This document shows positions 26,201-35,281 of a stretch of DNA of 64,000 nucleotides, in pieces; positions within the stretch are counted from its first letter, which is position 1, and each line of letters begins with the position of its first letter. A program made the position numbers and the translations under genes. The stretch is from Oscillospiraceae bacterium. Lineage in GTDB: Bacteria; Bacillota; Clostridia; Oscillospirales; Oscillospiraceae. The notes under the pieces were generated by a model that was not told where the DNA came from, did no database searches, and saw only the letters and a list, made by a program, of their open reading frames with translations. The stretch spans positions 9,686 through 73,685 of the forward strand of contig JAFTYM010000025.1 in the NCBI GenBank assembly GCA_017461585.1, in the 5' to 3' direction.

Positions 26201-29200
26201 CAACAGATGGAGCGTATCTGAGACTTATAACCACGAGAAGTTTCACAAGGTTTTTAAAAGAAAGCCTAAGATGATCGAGGCGCTTTGGAACTGGATAAGA
26301 GCAAACTATACAGCTGACAGCTTCGACAGCATTATTGATACATATTACGAGAAGTATAACGATGTGTATAACCTTGAGGCATTGTCTGAGGAAGAGGCTA
26401 CAAGAATTGTTCTTGAAGAGATCCTGGCGGATGCTTTTGCAGGTATTAACCGATTCGGAGCGGGTGCCACAGAATATACATCCGCTGCAAGAGCGGGTGC
26501 GGAAATCGTCGGTGATGCGCTGCCGGGCGAATACAATGCAAATCAGGGCAGAGCTCCGCCCCGAGGCATGACATACGACGATGTAAAAAGCGCCGTGCGT
26601 GAGGTTATGTCTGAGGTTATGGGTACCGAGGTCAATAAAAATACCGCCGAAGACGGCGGCGAGGCGAGGTATGCTATAGCGGGGCAAAGGTCACGAACTG
26701 CGGATATTGAAGCCCTTAATACTGCAAAAGAAATGGAGAGAACCGGAGAAACACCCGAAAGCATTTTAGCAGCTACAGGGTGGTACAGAGGTGCTGACGA
26801 TTTGTGGAGATACGAGATTGATGACAGCCGAATGGAGTATTACCGCAGCGGAGACGCAATGTTTAGAAATAATCATCCTGATTACGATAGATATCAAAAC
26901 TTACTTACAAAAATGCTGACGGGGGTAATAAGCGTCGAAGAACATTCCGAACTACAAAAGCTCGGTGAAATATGGGGAAGAGAGCGCTCACGTCTGAATG
27001 AACGTGTTGACCGAGGAAATGCAACGCTGTCAGAAGTTATTCGTCACGAAGCTTTGTTTAATGCGTATCCAGAGTTAATGAACACACGAGTGGTGTTTGA
27101 GGAAATGGGGGAAGGCGAGAGGGGCAGTTACAATGCAAAAAATAATACAATAACATTAAATCAGGAACTGCGAAAATCACCTGAAAGCACTCTTGTCCAT
27201 GAAATACAGCACGCTATTCAAAATCTTGAAGGGTTTACCAGTGGCGCAAGCCCTGATTACTGGCAGGAAATGTTGGATAGAGGAGAGCAGATATATTCTG
27301 TCGGTATGAACAGAGCATTGCAGGCGTTAGTAGAGTTTGAAGCTGACCCTGAAAACGCAAGCGCAATCGAAGTGTCAAAAAGCCTTAATCGTTATATTCT
27401 TGAAAATGAAGATGCTAAATATGATGACTTGTACGAATGGGCGCAGAATGCGGGGCTTGAGGATGAAATATCTGAATATGAGGATCTTCTGTTTGATTTC
27501 AATAATGAAAAATACCGAATGACAAACAAATTGCCGTCAGAACTTTATGAAAATACTGCCGGCGAAATTGAAGCAAGAGATGTTTCTGCTCGCCGTGGTA
27601 TGTCAGAAGATATGCGTAGACTTACTCTGCCGAATGTGGGTAATGATGATACTGTATTTGCAAGGAGGGGGACGCTGTCTAAAGAGGAAAAAGCTAATGC
27701 CAAAGAAAGAGTCGAAAAACTAAAGGGGAGCATCTATCTTTTACAGACCACACCTACTGTCGCAACACTTAGTGGAAATGAGTTCGACGGCAGCGCGGGA
27801 GGAAGACTTTCAGATCAAGTGGAATCGTTTTTTGATACCATAGGCAATCGAGTTAACAGACCGGGATTTGGTGATGTTGAATTAAACAAAAGAGGAATCA
27901 AGTCTGACATTGCACATGGAATAGGTAGAGCGAAAGCAATAACCTTTGCAGCTGTACCGCAGGTTATTAAAAGCGGAGTGCAAATAGATTATCAAGCTAA
28001 CTGGAAAGGAAGAGGTGCAGACAGCTATGTTTTTGCGGCACCTGTAATGGTAGATGGCAATATGACATATGTTGCCGCGGTTGTGCTTAAAGGTAATGAT
28101 ACAAGGTTTTATTTACACGAGGTTGTAGATGAAAACGGAAACATTATCATAATAAGAAAAAACAGCAATTCCGAAACTATCAAGACCCAGAGTTACGGCG
28201 AAAGCCGAATTACGGGTAGTTCGGAACTACTGTTCAACAATAGTATGACCGAAACTGATGCTGATGTCAAGCAAAAGTTTGCCCTCTCCGATGAATACGA
28301 CGTTGCGCCGGAAGACAGAACGTGGGAGGACACTGGCGACCGCAAGTTTAATTCTTATGCATATGACCATCCTGAGCTGAGGCCTTACTTCAAAGAGGCG
28401 GCGAGGGCAATGTTCTATGACCTTATGAACAGCGTCAAGGGTGAGAGATGGTCCACAACGTCTGATTCAAAAGAGTGGACAGGCTCCAAGCGCAGCACAT
28501 CTGACAACATTGCTCGTCTTCTTGATAACGGCAAAATGACATATAAGCGTATTCAGGATGCACTGCTTACTGTTCTGTACAAAGCAGATGACGCAAAAGC
28601 AATGAATCGTGCTGATGTCAAAAAGGTAGAACTTGAGCTTGACGCCATGCTGCAGGAAGGATATACAGATCCGCAGGGGTATGAGGCAGAGCCTAACAGA
28701 GAGTATCGCAGACTTCTTGATGCCATAAAAAGCGGGTACAGCTCTGTTGAGGAAGCTGACGCGGCATATGAAACCGAAATGCGCGATGAAGCTTATGAGG
28801 CACAGGTCGAGGCGGAAGTCTGGGAAGGTTATGACTTGCGTGCTGATGAAATGTATGACGAAGTATACGGAGCCTATGAGCCTGATACGAGCGCATACGA
28901 AGATCTCACACAGGAAGATCGAGATTATCTTGGAGAGATAATTGAAAGCGTTGATGAAATGCGAGTACAGAGACTTGCGGAAGAGAAGCTCAGAGCCGCA
29001 CAGGAGCTTGATGAGGAAAACGAAGCTCTGCGTCAGCGCAATCGGGAGTATGAAGAAGAGGCAAGCAATTACTTTGATGCATATAACGCTGAAGAGCTTG
29101 CTGAGACCGAGCGCAGAATGTCCCGCATCATGAATGATGCAGCAGCGGCTATAAATGTTGACATCAGCGGAGCACCGCAGAGCAGCGCTGAACACTGGGA

Positions 29201-32200
29201 GAGCATAACTGCACAGCTTGTGGAAGACAAGCGCCGCCAGGCGAGAGAGAATGCTGTTGCAGAAGCTGAGAACAACGACATGTACATGCCCAACGGCGCG
29301 ACAGAGGCAGAGATACTTGCAGCACAGGAAAAGTACAAAGAGCAACTTGCGGCTCAAAAGGCTGCGGAGGATGCAAAGTACGAGGGCATGACGGTCGAAG
29401 AAATCGACGCTGCCAAAGAAGCAGAAGCACGACAGAAGCAGGCGGAGTATCTTGAAGGTGTTGACCGCAAAAACTTTGTGGGCAGTGAGCACATGAAGAA
29501 GCTGGGCATAAAAATTGCAAACAGCATTGCAAACTACACGAGATCTGCATCTCTCCTTGAAAGAGGAAAAGCGAATGCTGCCCTTGTCAGAGAAATGGAC
29601 AAGGCTATAAAGAAGATGCATCCGTCCAGTGAAGAGGAATACTTCGCAAGAGGCATTATGAACAATGACCTGAGCGAAAGCAGCATTCCTCCGCATATTG
29701 ATGCAGACCGAGTTCTTGAGCTTGCAGATTATATGATTGCCCGTAAGGCGGGACGCACAGACCTCTTTGCAGCGCAGAAGGCGGATATAAACAGCAGAAA
29801 TCGTCAGCTTGCTGAGGACAAATTCAGAGGTGCTGAAAACGCAAAGCGGGTGAAGCTGGCGGCTCTCAACTACATGACACCGCGTCGCGCTATGATAGAG
29901 ATGTTCGGGCAGGAACAGGGCGAAGAGATCTACCGCACATTCTTTGCCCCGGTAAGAACCAACGACGCAGAGCGTATACGATTTGCCGAGAAACTGCGTC
30001 AGGAAGCGATTGAAATCGTGGGCGCCGACGGAAAGAAAGGCAAACTCACAAAAGAAGAACGTGCGCTTACTCAGATGCTCATGGAAGGCAAAGCGGCAGG
30101 TGAGATGCTTGCCAAAATGGAAGCGGGCGGCAAAGATCGCATTGAAGCTGCGGCAAAAAAGATACTTAAAGGAGAGCCTTTAAGAGAAAAGAACGGCGTT
30201 TATGTTGTCGGTGAAGAAGGCGGCGACGAGCTCAGTGCAAAAGAAGCTGACCTTGCGCGCAGATCTGCGGCATACACCCAGGCTCAGGAAGCTATACGCA
30301 CGGGTACATACGACAAGAAGAAAGTTGACGGCACAAGAATTACCAATGCTGCAAAGCATTTTGCACAGCAGTACGACCTATTGTATGAAGCCATAAACGA
30401 GTTTCTTGTTGCGCATGGTGAGCAGCCCATAGGATTTATAAAAGGCTATGCACCGCACCTGCAGGCTGAAGGAGCTATGAAACCGCTTGAGAGACTTCTT
30501 GAGTGGATGGGAGCCCCGACAGATATTACAGACCTGAGAGCGGAAATTGCGGGCGAGACACAGAACAGAAAGCCAAACCGCAAATGGAACCCGCACTTCC
30601 TGTCACGTAATGTGGGCAGCGAGACGGACTACGATGTGTACAAAGGCTTTGAAGAGTATGTAGACTACATATCCGAAGTGTTTTATCACATGGACGATAT
30701 TATGCGTCTCCGCGCTGCGTCACGTTATCTGCGTACCATGTACACCACAGAGGACAGCAGAAATCTCCTGAACCAAATCAAGGACGTCAGAAATGGCAGC
30801 TATTATGACAAGATGAACTTTCTGCTTGCGAATAATAAAATTGCAAGAGGGCAGACACTCATTGGTTCTGAAGTAGATGATGCTCTGGATAAGTATGTTG
30901 ACGAGATTCTGAACGAGGATGAGAACAAAACGGCGGTAAGCTCTGCGCTGGTTATGTGGCTTGACAACTACACAAACCTGCTTGCAGGCAAGCAGAACGC
31001 TATGGACAGAGGTCTCGAGCAGCAAATCGGCAGAAAGGGCATCCGTGCAATTAACAAAGCCGTAAACCGCCTTATCTCCGCACAGGTCGTTGGTAACCTC
31101 TCGTCTGCGCTTAACCAGATGGCACAGCTGCCGATGACACTTACAGAGCTGGGTGGCAATAACGTAGCGAAGGCCATTTGGGACCTGACAAGGCATTCAG
31201 GCGAGATGCGACGCTGGGCAACGGAAAACGACTTTCTTGTTGCAAGAAAGGGTACGACGATACTTAATTATCAGATATCGGATAAAGTTACAAGCTATTT
31301 GGCAAAGCCCCTCGAACTCTCCGATATGCTGATGTCGATGATTACAGCGAGAGCTGCGTATCATCAGGCAATTGCACAGAAGATGGACGCAGAGTCTGCT
31401 ATGCGGTACAGCGTACAGAAGTCTGAAGACATAATGGGCAGCAGAAATAAGGCGTCAAAGCCTGTTGCATTTTCAACTAAAAATCCCATGATGCGTCTGG
31501 TCAATGCGTATCAGATCGAAGTTCTTAACCAGTGGCAGCATATCACTAAAGATTTGCCGAAAGAGTATAAGAACATTGCAAAGAGCCGCGGAAAGTGGGC
31601 AACTGCAGGTCGTATAGCGAAGGATATAGTTCTGTATCTCATCTTAGCTGCGCTGATAAACAGAATAGCAGAAGAGACATACGGCGGCACACCGGCTCCG
31701 TTAGATCTGTTGGGCATCACAGGAAACTTCATTGCGTCCGGTAACGGACTTACACTTAATGAAGGCATTGTGCGTGTGTTTAATAAGATAGTGAGCAGAG
31801 AACTGCTTCCGGAAGATCACACGTTTGACAGCGAGATGCCTGATGAGTTTGACTGGGCTGCAGCTTGGGAGGACACGGCGTATACACTTTCAAGTGAAAT
31901 TCCGTTCCTCAACAACGTTATGGCAGTTGCAGGTCTTACAGATGACGAAACTGTATTTGCTGCAGGCATCAATGATGCTATTGAGAGTGGAAAGAAAGCA
32001 GCAGATCACTTTTTCGTTACTCGCAGAGAACGCGAAGAAGGAGAACAGGAAAGCGCAGAAGTGCTCGACGGACTTTATGATGTTGCTATGGGTGTTTCTG
32101 AGTTCCTTATGGGCGGACGTCAGCTGCAGAAAACAATTCAGGGCATTGTAACTGTTGCAGGGGGCGGAGAGACGAACAGCCAAGGAAATCTCATGTATCC

Positions 32201-32717
32201 CGTTACAGATAACGTGGGCAGCTGGATACAGGGCACACTCTTCGGCAAGACGGCGCTTGAAAGCTCCAGAGCGTATTACGCAAGCGGCGCATCTCCGCTG
32301 AGCAGCATACGTAATGAGCAATACTTCGGTATGGTGGAACGCGGAGTTGATGAAGAGACAGCGTACGGAATTGCGCAGGGACTTGCCGATGTAACATCAG
32401 ATAAGGACGAAGATGGCAACACTATTTCCGGCAGTAAGTTCATGAACCAAATGGACTTCGTTATGAATGCGGATATATCAGACGAAGTCAAAAGCTACTT
32501 AGCACTGAGCATTGCAAGCGATGCTGCATATGAAAGATACGTTGACTACGACCTTGAAGCAGAGGGCGTAGATCCTGCAGAGTTTATGGTTGGATGGGCA
32601 TTCTATCAGAGCACTACCGGAAAAGACAAAGCAGGGCAGACAGAAAACTTCTTGAGACAGCAGGGCATAAGCGAAAGTGATATTAGAAAAATAATTAAAG
32701 CGCTGAAGAAGAAGTAA
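23205..32717 (+). CDS. Giant (~3170 aa) multidomain virion protein, polyvalent-protein-like
   Basis: A single uninterrupted frame. The ATG at 23205 follows AAAGGAGAG, 13 nt after the upstream stop. It contains Gly-rich hydrophobic segments, two HExxH modules, an E/A/K-rich central region and a tape-measure-like, hydrophobic C-terminal third. Confidence 0.8.
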   Translation: MAYQLSNEIRAQIHSDAEKLRNRNGKKQSNGDTTQTRAVNRSNTKQGITTPAVSVRSTSGYQLSDAIREQIHRDALKLKNRGQTDNVGAAALDASTGGQTFARKTKKDTSFAPNPYKSYNQPAASGEKGSGAQMTKAYSDKRLQDEALAVFKEYGGKSYSEIQEAIAQNTGTDYMSQYRNQVLAQIGQQNRTREDVEREIAETEAELQIAQAEWDAYAEETGYSATGDSRDGYQQHTNRVNELINRKEALQGELWMYDQNQIYAAIPGYSDFAKNSAVNPDSGEWDDPDYRYINNIQREGTVASENRMAAYQYMTDEEVGIYNYLYNVSGKDAADKYLDYLEYSLNERNQQAIYERTYDFANKNLGTKIATSVASIPANLASGVGYLDVLGQRAQRVITGSDKPIDYNRNAQGAYTFTQGAREGAMSGMSDTGKFIYSTAMSMGDSLGVLGISLLTGGGATLLLGGSAATSTMHDAKANGATDGQALAMGLVAGAAETIMERLPLEQLLNISSASGFREIISNIVKQGANEATEEVLTTVVNTAADVLIMGDKNALMRSYENYLAQGYSPEEAKAKAGGEWIKGLMGDALGGFLSGGLFGAGGTAVKNINQYSDRKSKGAGISTSEYTLPLLIDHVEKGYTNDATGETSQYSEETKQTAAEIKTDLSEGKSVSNAKKGKLAEQILKDNADFNSNVLPQILLEAQNREDAAANAEQSAEKTEQNAPKRNIVEKIRTRLQQRKAAKTEGAKIEPAAAKIMAEDVVSSERVYSEKTKAAAQRILDSDTVNDADVQALVAGIKADNPEFGEYTVQEIIAEASIAAQEAAETEGSIQTSAETKAAAPQSTVQQSTDNGGNANEQRTGNAGAEQRAAEGDTASSGRGRRRFSETYSGDAAPVRRAERDVRRAESRAQTASERQNKVAALRVEPTSAASLGIEGGSEDATMYIVPEEAYDEEMNAVKADAEKNGISVSYYTGAMVVSEQTADGMIVGDKMYLKADSNRWSVSETYNHEKFHKVFKRKPKMIEALWNWIRANYTADSFDSIIDTYYEKYNDVYNLEALSEEEATRIVLEEILADAFAGINRFGAGATEYTSAARAGAEIVGDALPGEYNANQGRAPPRGMTYDDVKSAVREVMSEVMGTEVNKNTAEDGGEARYAIAGQRSRTADIEALNTAKEMERTGETPESILAATGWYRGADDLWRYEIDDSRMEYYRSGDAMFRNNHPDYDRYQNLLTKMLTGVISVEEHSELQKLGEIWGRERSRLNERVDRGNATLSEVIRHEALFNAYPELMNTRVVFEEMGEGERGSYNAKNNTITLNQELRKSPESTLVHEIQHAIQNLEGFTSGASPDYWQEMLDRGEQIYSVGMNRALQALVEFEADPENASAIEVSKSLNRYILENEDAKYDDLYEWAQNAGLEDEISEYEDLLFDFNNEKYRMTNKLPSELYENTAGEIEARDVSARRGMSEDMRRLTLPNVGNDDTVFARRGTLSKEEKANAKERVEKLKGSIYLLQTTPTVATLSGNEFDGSAGGRLSDQVESFFDTIGNRVNRPGFGDVELNKRGIKSDIAHGIGRAKAITFAAVPQVIKSGVQIDYQANWKGRGADSYVFAAPVMVDGNMTYVAAVVLKGNDTRFYLHEVVDENGNIIIIRKNSNSETIKTQSYGESRITGSSELLFNNSMTETDADVKQKFALSDEYDVAPEDRTWEDTGDRKFNSYAYDHPELRPYFKEAARAMFYDLMNSVKGERWSTTSDSKEWTGSKRSTSDNIARLLDNGKMTYKRIQDALLTVLYKADDAKAMNRADVKKVELELDAMLQEGYTDPQGYEAEPNREYRRLLDAIKSGYSSVEEADAAYETEMRDEAYEAQVEAEVWEGYDLRADEMYDEVYGAYEPDTSAYEDLTQEDRDYLGEIIESVDEMRVQRLAEEKLRAAQELDEENEALRQRNREYEEEASNYFDAYNAEELAETERRMSRIMNDAAAAINVDISGAPQSSAEHWESITAQLVEDKRRQARENAVAEAENNDMYMPNGATEAEILAAQEKYKEQLAAQKAAEDAKYEGMTVEEIDAAKEAEARQKQAEYLEGVDRKNFVGSEHMKKLGIKIANSIANYTRSASLLERGKANAALVREMDKAIKKMHPSSEEEYFARGIMNNDLSESSIPPHIDADRVLELADYMIARKAGRTDLFAAQKADINSRNRQLAEDKFRGAENAKRVKLAALNYMTPRRAMIEMFGQEQGEEIYRTFFAPVRTNDAERIRFAEKLRQEAIEIVGADGKKGKLTKEERALTQMLMEGKAAGEMLAKMEAGGKDRIEAAAKKILKGEPLREKNGVYVVGEEGGDELSAKEADLARRSAAYTQAQEAIRTGTYDKKKVDGTRITNAAKHFAQQYDLLYEAINEFLVAHGEQPIGFIKGYAPHLQAEGAMKPLERLLEWMGAPTDITDLRAEIAGETQNRKPNRKWNPHFLSRNVGSETDYDVYKGFEEYVDYISEVFYHMDDIMRLRAASRYLRTMYTTEDSRNLLNQIKDVRNGSYYDKMNFLLANNKIARGQTLIGSEVDDALDKYVDEILNEDENKTAVSSALVMWLDNYTNLLAGKQNAMDRGLEQQIGRKGIRAINKAVNRLISAQVVGNLSSALNQMAQLPMTLTELGGNNVAKAIWDLTRHSGEMRRWATENDFLVARKGTTILNYQISDKVTSYLAKPLELSDMLMSMITARAAYHQAIAQKMDAESAMRYSVQKSEDIMGSRNKASKPVAFSTKNPMMRLVNAYQIEVLNQWQHITKDLPKEYKNIAKSRGKWATAGRIAKDIVLYLILAALINRIAEETYGGTPAPLDLLGITGNFIASGNGLTLNEGIVRVFNKIVSRELLPEDHTFDSEMPDEFDWAAAWEDTAYTLSSEIPFLNNVMAVAGLTDDETVFAAGINDAIESGKKAADHFFVTRREREEGEQESAEVLDGLYDVAMGVSEFLMGGRQLQKTIQGIVTVAGGGETNSQGNLMYPVTDNVGSWIQGTLFGKTALESSRAYYASGASPLSSIRNEQYFGMVERGVDEETAYGIAQGLADVTSDKDEDGNTISGSKFMNQMDFVMNADISDEVKSYLALSIASDAAYERYVDYDLEAEGVDPAEFMVGWAFYQSTTGKDKAGQTENFLRQQGISESDIRKIIKALKKK

Positions 32718-32787
32718 AACTGTGTCAAATGGTGGTCAAAACCGTGAAAAGTATTGAAAACTCTGCAATAACTTGAGCCTTTTAAGC

Positions 32788-32823
32788 AGGGTGTCCGGAG
32801 TTCGAATCTCCGCTGGAGCACCA
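32788..32823 (+). other. Displaced tRNA 3' fragment (T-arm, acceptor 3' strand, discriminator and CCA); candidate attR core
   Basis: CGGAG-TTCGAAT-CTCCG T-arm at 32796-32812, then CTGGAGC-A-CCA. The complementary 5' acceptor strand (GCTCCAG) is absent from the upstream 100 nt. Confidence 0.6.
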
Positions 32824-32825
32824 AA

Positions 32826-32852
32826 AAAGAGACGTCGTAAGACGTCTCTTTT
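32826..32852. terminator. Bidirectional stem-loop terminator
   Basis: AAAGAGACGTC-gtaa-GACGTCTCTTT, flanked by A-runs and T-runs. It sits between the tRNA fragment and a convergent gene. Confidence 0.7.
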
Positions 32853-32855
32853 GCG

Positions 32856-33923
32856 TTATCCCTGTTTTTTTATCCACTCGCGGCGATACGTGTAAGACTC
32901 ATCAGTTAACCATTCATTTATCTGTGCTGTACGTTTATCACCCAGGGGACCAATGATGCCTGCTGCGGTAATAAAATGTCCGCCTGGAGCCCAACGGTTG
33001 ATGTAATCGCGCATCAGCTGTCTTGTGTAGTCCTCTGTAAGCTCGACTTCGGGTTCGACCCAATCGAAGCCGCCAACAACATTAAAGTTGTATTGTGGAC
33101 ACAACGTCTTCTGAATGGTATCAAGATCGTTGGTTGTTTGTGCCGGTTCCCAGTAACGTACACCAAGGTCTATCATATCAGGCATAAATGCCTGACAATT
33201 ACCGCAATTGTGATAGAGCAGGGGAATGCCGCGATCTGTAGCAGCTTTTGCTATTCTTCGATATGCAGGCATAAGAAGTTCACGGAACATATCAACAGAA
33301 ATGAAAGGTACGCGTTGTGTAGCTGTATCGTCTAAGATAACGAACAAATCTGGGTTATAATAATCAATATTAGCCTGAATATGCGGTTCGATATATGTGA
33401 TCATATAGTCAAGAATCTCTTCCATAATCTCAGGTTCTTCGTATAATGCGACAAGTCCGTCAACAAAACCGATCATAGCCATAAGCTGCTGGAAGGGTTG
33501 AAGGGGACTGCCGACTACAACAGCAGTCTGTTCTCTGTCTATTTTAGCAAGGTCACTCTGAGCTTTACGTTCCCAATCGATATTGTCATAAAGACATGGT
33601 TTGTCAATATAATCACGCCATTTGTATATATCTTTAATAAGATATTCATTTGTGTGTGTACCCATGGGCATAAATCCACCATTTGCTGATGGAACGGAAA
33701 TATACTCAACACCCCAATCGTCGTGAAATGTTTCGGTGCCGGAGCCAAATTCTTCGCGGTACATCATGCCCGGACCGCAGAGACCTGTTGGGGCGATAGG
33801 CTGTTCACCGTTGATAGATGCGCCGAAATAAGTCTGAGTTGGTATATACTCTATTTCTTCGCCGCGGCATAAGCGTAAATAGTTCTCCTTTGGAGTAAGC
33901 TTATCATTTATTTTTTTCGCCAT
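32856..33923 (-). CDS. Uroporphyrinogen decarboxylase (URO-D) family protein, MtaA/CmuA-like paralog 1
   Basis: Contains ILDDTATQRVPFISVDMFRELLMPAYRRI...LLYHNCGN (URO-D-type D..g..lSp..f.e...P...H.CG). ATG at 33923 with a GGGAGG RBS. Confidence 0.7.
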   Translation of the reverse strand: MAKKINDKLTPKENYLRLCRGEEIEYIPTQTYFGASINGEQPIAPTGLCGPGMMYREEFGSGTETFHDDWGVEYISVPSANGGFMPMGTHTNEYLIKDIYKWRDYIDKPCLYDNIDWERKAQSDLAKIDREQTAVVVGSPLQPFQQLMAMIGFVDGLVALYEEPEIMEEILDYMITYIEPHIQANIDYYNPDLFVILDDTATQRVPFISVDMFRELLMPAYRRIAKAATDRGIPLLYHNCGNCQAFMPDMIDLGVRYWEPAQTTNDLDTIQKTLCPQYNFNVVGGFDWVEPEVELTEDYTRQLMRDYINRWAPGGHFITAAGIIGPLGDKRTAQINEWLTDESYTYRREWIKKQG

Positions 33924-34063
33924 TATCAAGACCTCCCAATAAGTAGTTAGCAGATTAGATAGTCGAATTTAACGATAGTTTGATATTACCATAAATCAAA
34001 ATAAATTACAAATTAAAAATTATGAAAAAGGATTGTTCGTTTGAACAATCCTTTTTGCACAGA

Positions 34064-35134
34064 TTATAAAATAGCTTTGCCTTCTGCTACAAGACGATCA
34101 TAGTTTTTACGACTTGCTTCGTACACTTTTTTACGTGTGCCAGCAGGACAGGTGGGAGCAAGCTCAATGAATACACGGTTGTCATTTCCGGACTTTGCGA
34201 AGAACTCAGCAATGATAGCGTCGGACTCTTCTTCGGTTGCGTTCTCGGGGATTCTGAGAACATCCGTGAAAATCATCTTATCACCAAAGCTCTGCTTCAG
34301 TTTCCACTTGTCGTTAACATCCTGACCACCCCAGGAATCATAACCTGCTTCAACGAAGATGGGAACAAAGCCCTCTACAAAGCCGCAGCAATGCAGATCC
34401 CAGTACATTCCGAGAGAGTGAACGTGTTCAACAAGTTCTTTTATATAGGGGAGAAGCATCTCGCGAACAGTTGCTACAGAGAAGAATTCAGCACGCTGAG
34501 AACCCCAGTCGTCATTGAAGTTAACGATATCGGCATTGAGATACTTTTTACAGTTGGTGTAGAACGCCTTGTGGATATCAGTGATTCTGCGGAAAAGACG
34601 ATGAACAGCGTCTTTTTCGTCATCATCGATAAGAGCCATTGCCGCACCTGCAAAATCCATAAGAGCAATAAGTCTTTCGAAGAGACAACCACCGACTCCA
34701 ATATAAAGAGTGCGGTCAGGATCAAGTGTTTCCTTAATCTTTGCTGCATAGCCCTCCCAATCCCATGAATTAGGGTCGGGAATAGACTTTACCTGATTTT
34801 CCCAGTCGTTTATATCCGTTACCATAGGAGTACCGGGTTTAACGGTTGCGCCGCCTGCCATTTCAACAAATACCCATTCAACGCCCCAACCGTCAAAACG
34901 GTCGCCCCGTGTCATAGGATTACGAGCAACGTTTTCGGGATCAAGCTCAACCATGATATGGTTATGCTCTCCGCTGGAGAAAGGAGCCCAAAGAGGAGTT
35001 TTGCCTTCGTATAAACGGAGCATATTCTCGCGAGGAGTAATAGGGGTTGCAAAAACTTCGGTGTCAGGACCGAACATGGCAGGCCTCATTTTAGTTACTG
35101 TAAGTTCGTCGATAGTAAACTTTTCGATTGACAT
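34064..35134 (-). CDS. URO-D family protein, paralog 2
   Basis: Contains FNDDWGSQRAEFFSVATVREMLLPYIKELVEHVHSLGMYWDLHCCG. ATG at 35134 with a GGAGGT RBS. Confidence 0.7.
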   Translation of the reverse strand: MSIEKFTIDELTVTKMRPAMFGPDTEVFATPITPRENMLRLYEGKTPLWAPFSSGEHNHIMVELDPENVARNPMTRGDRFDGWGVEWVFVEMAGGATVKPGTPMVTDINDWENQVKSIPDPNSWDWEGYAAKIKETLDPDRTLYIGVGGCLFERLIALMDFAGAAMALIDDDEKDAVHRLFRRITDIHKAFYTNCKKYLNADIVNFNDDWGSQRAEFFSVATVREMLLPYIKELVEHVHSLGMYWDLHCCGFVEGFVPIFVEAGYDSWGGQDVNDKWKLKQSFGDKMIFTDVLRIPENATEEESDAIIAEFFAKSGNDNRVFIELAPTCPAGTRKKVYEASRKNYDRLVAEGKAIL

Positions 35135-35281
35135 TAAAATTACCTCCAAATCAGAAGCTATCATCTGAATATATTAAATTTAATTCTTAATAATTATATA
35201 TTTTGTGAACTGTATAGTCAATTGTAATTTGATTTTTAGATATTTTGAAATATAAAATGTACATAAAAAGTGATGTTGAAA

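Larger units (their letters stand above)
1..32823. mobile_element. Partial prophage (early/accessory, packaging, head, fibre, lysis and internal-protein modules). The right end is at a tRNA 3' fragment; the left end and integrase are outside the window.
   Basis: The genes are unidirectional and tightly packed. Recognisable products are terminase S/L, capsid, holin and endolysin. The gene content changes abruptly at 32.8 kb, next to a tRNA T-arm/acceptor/CCA fragment. Confidence 0.85.

Noticed and set aside
28467-29696. 409-aa minus-strand ORF, together with the other minus-strand ORFs between 23.6 and 32.5 kb
   Set aside because: These are antisense to the giant + strand gene, in its E/A/K-rich region where the antisense frames lack stops. 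The sequences are Cys/Phe/Leu-rich nonsense-like, with no start context.
23205-32717. The giant protein as an N4/crAss-type virion RNA polymerase
   Set aside because: I found no DxDGD-type or other recognisable polymerase catalytic motif. The visible motifs are HExxH modules and tape-measure-like or hydrophobic segments.
32718-32823. A complete tRNA gene (possibly Leu-UAA) or the tmRNA 3' end
   Set aside because: The 5' acceptor strand (GCTCCAG) and D-arm are absent. The best anticodon-arm fold has a mismatch and only a 3-nt variable loop. The acceptor end does not match the tRNA-Ala-like tmRNA terminus. It is treated as a 3' fragment only.
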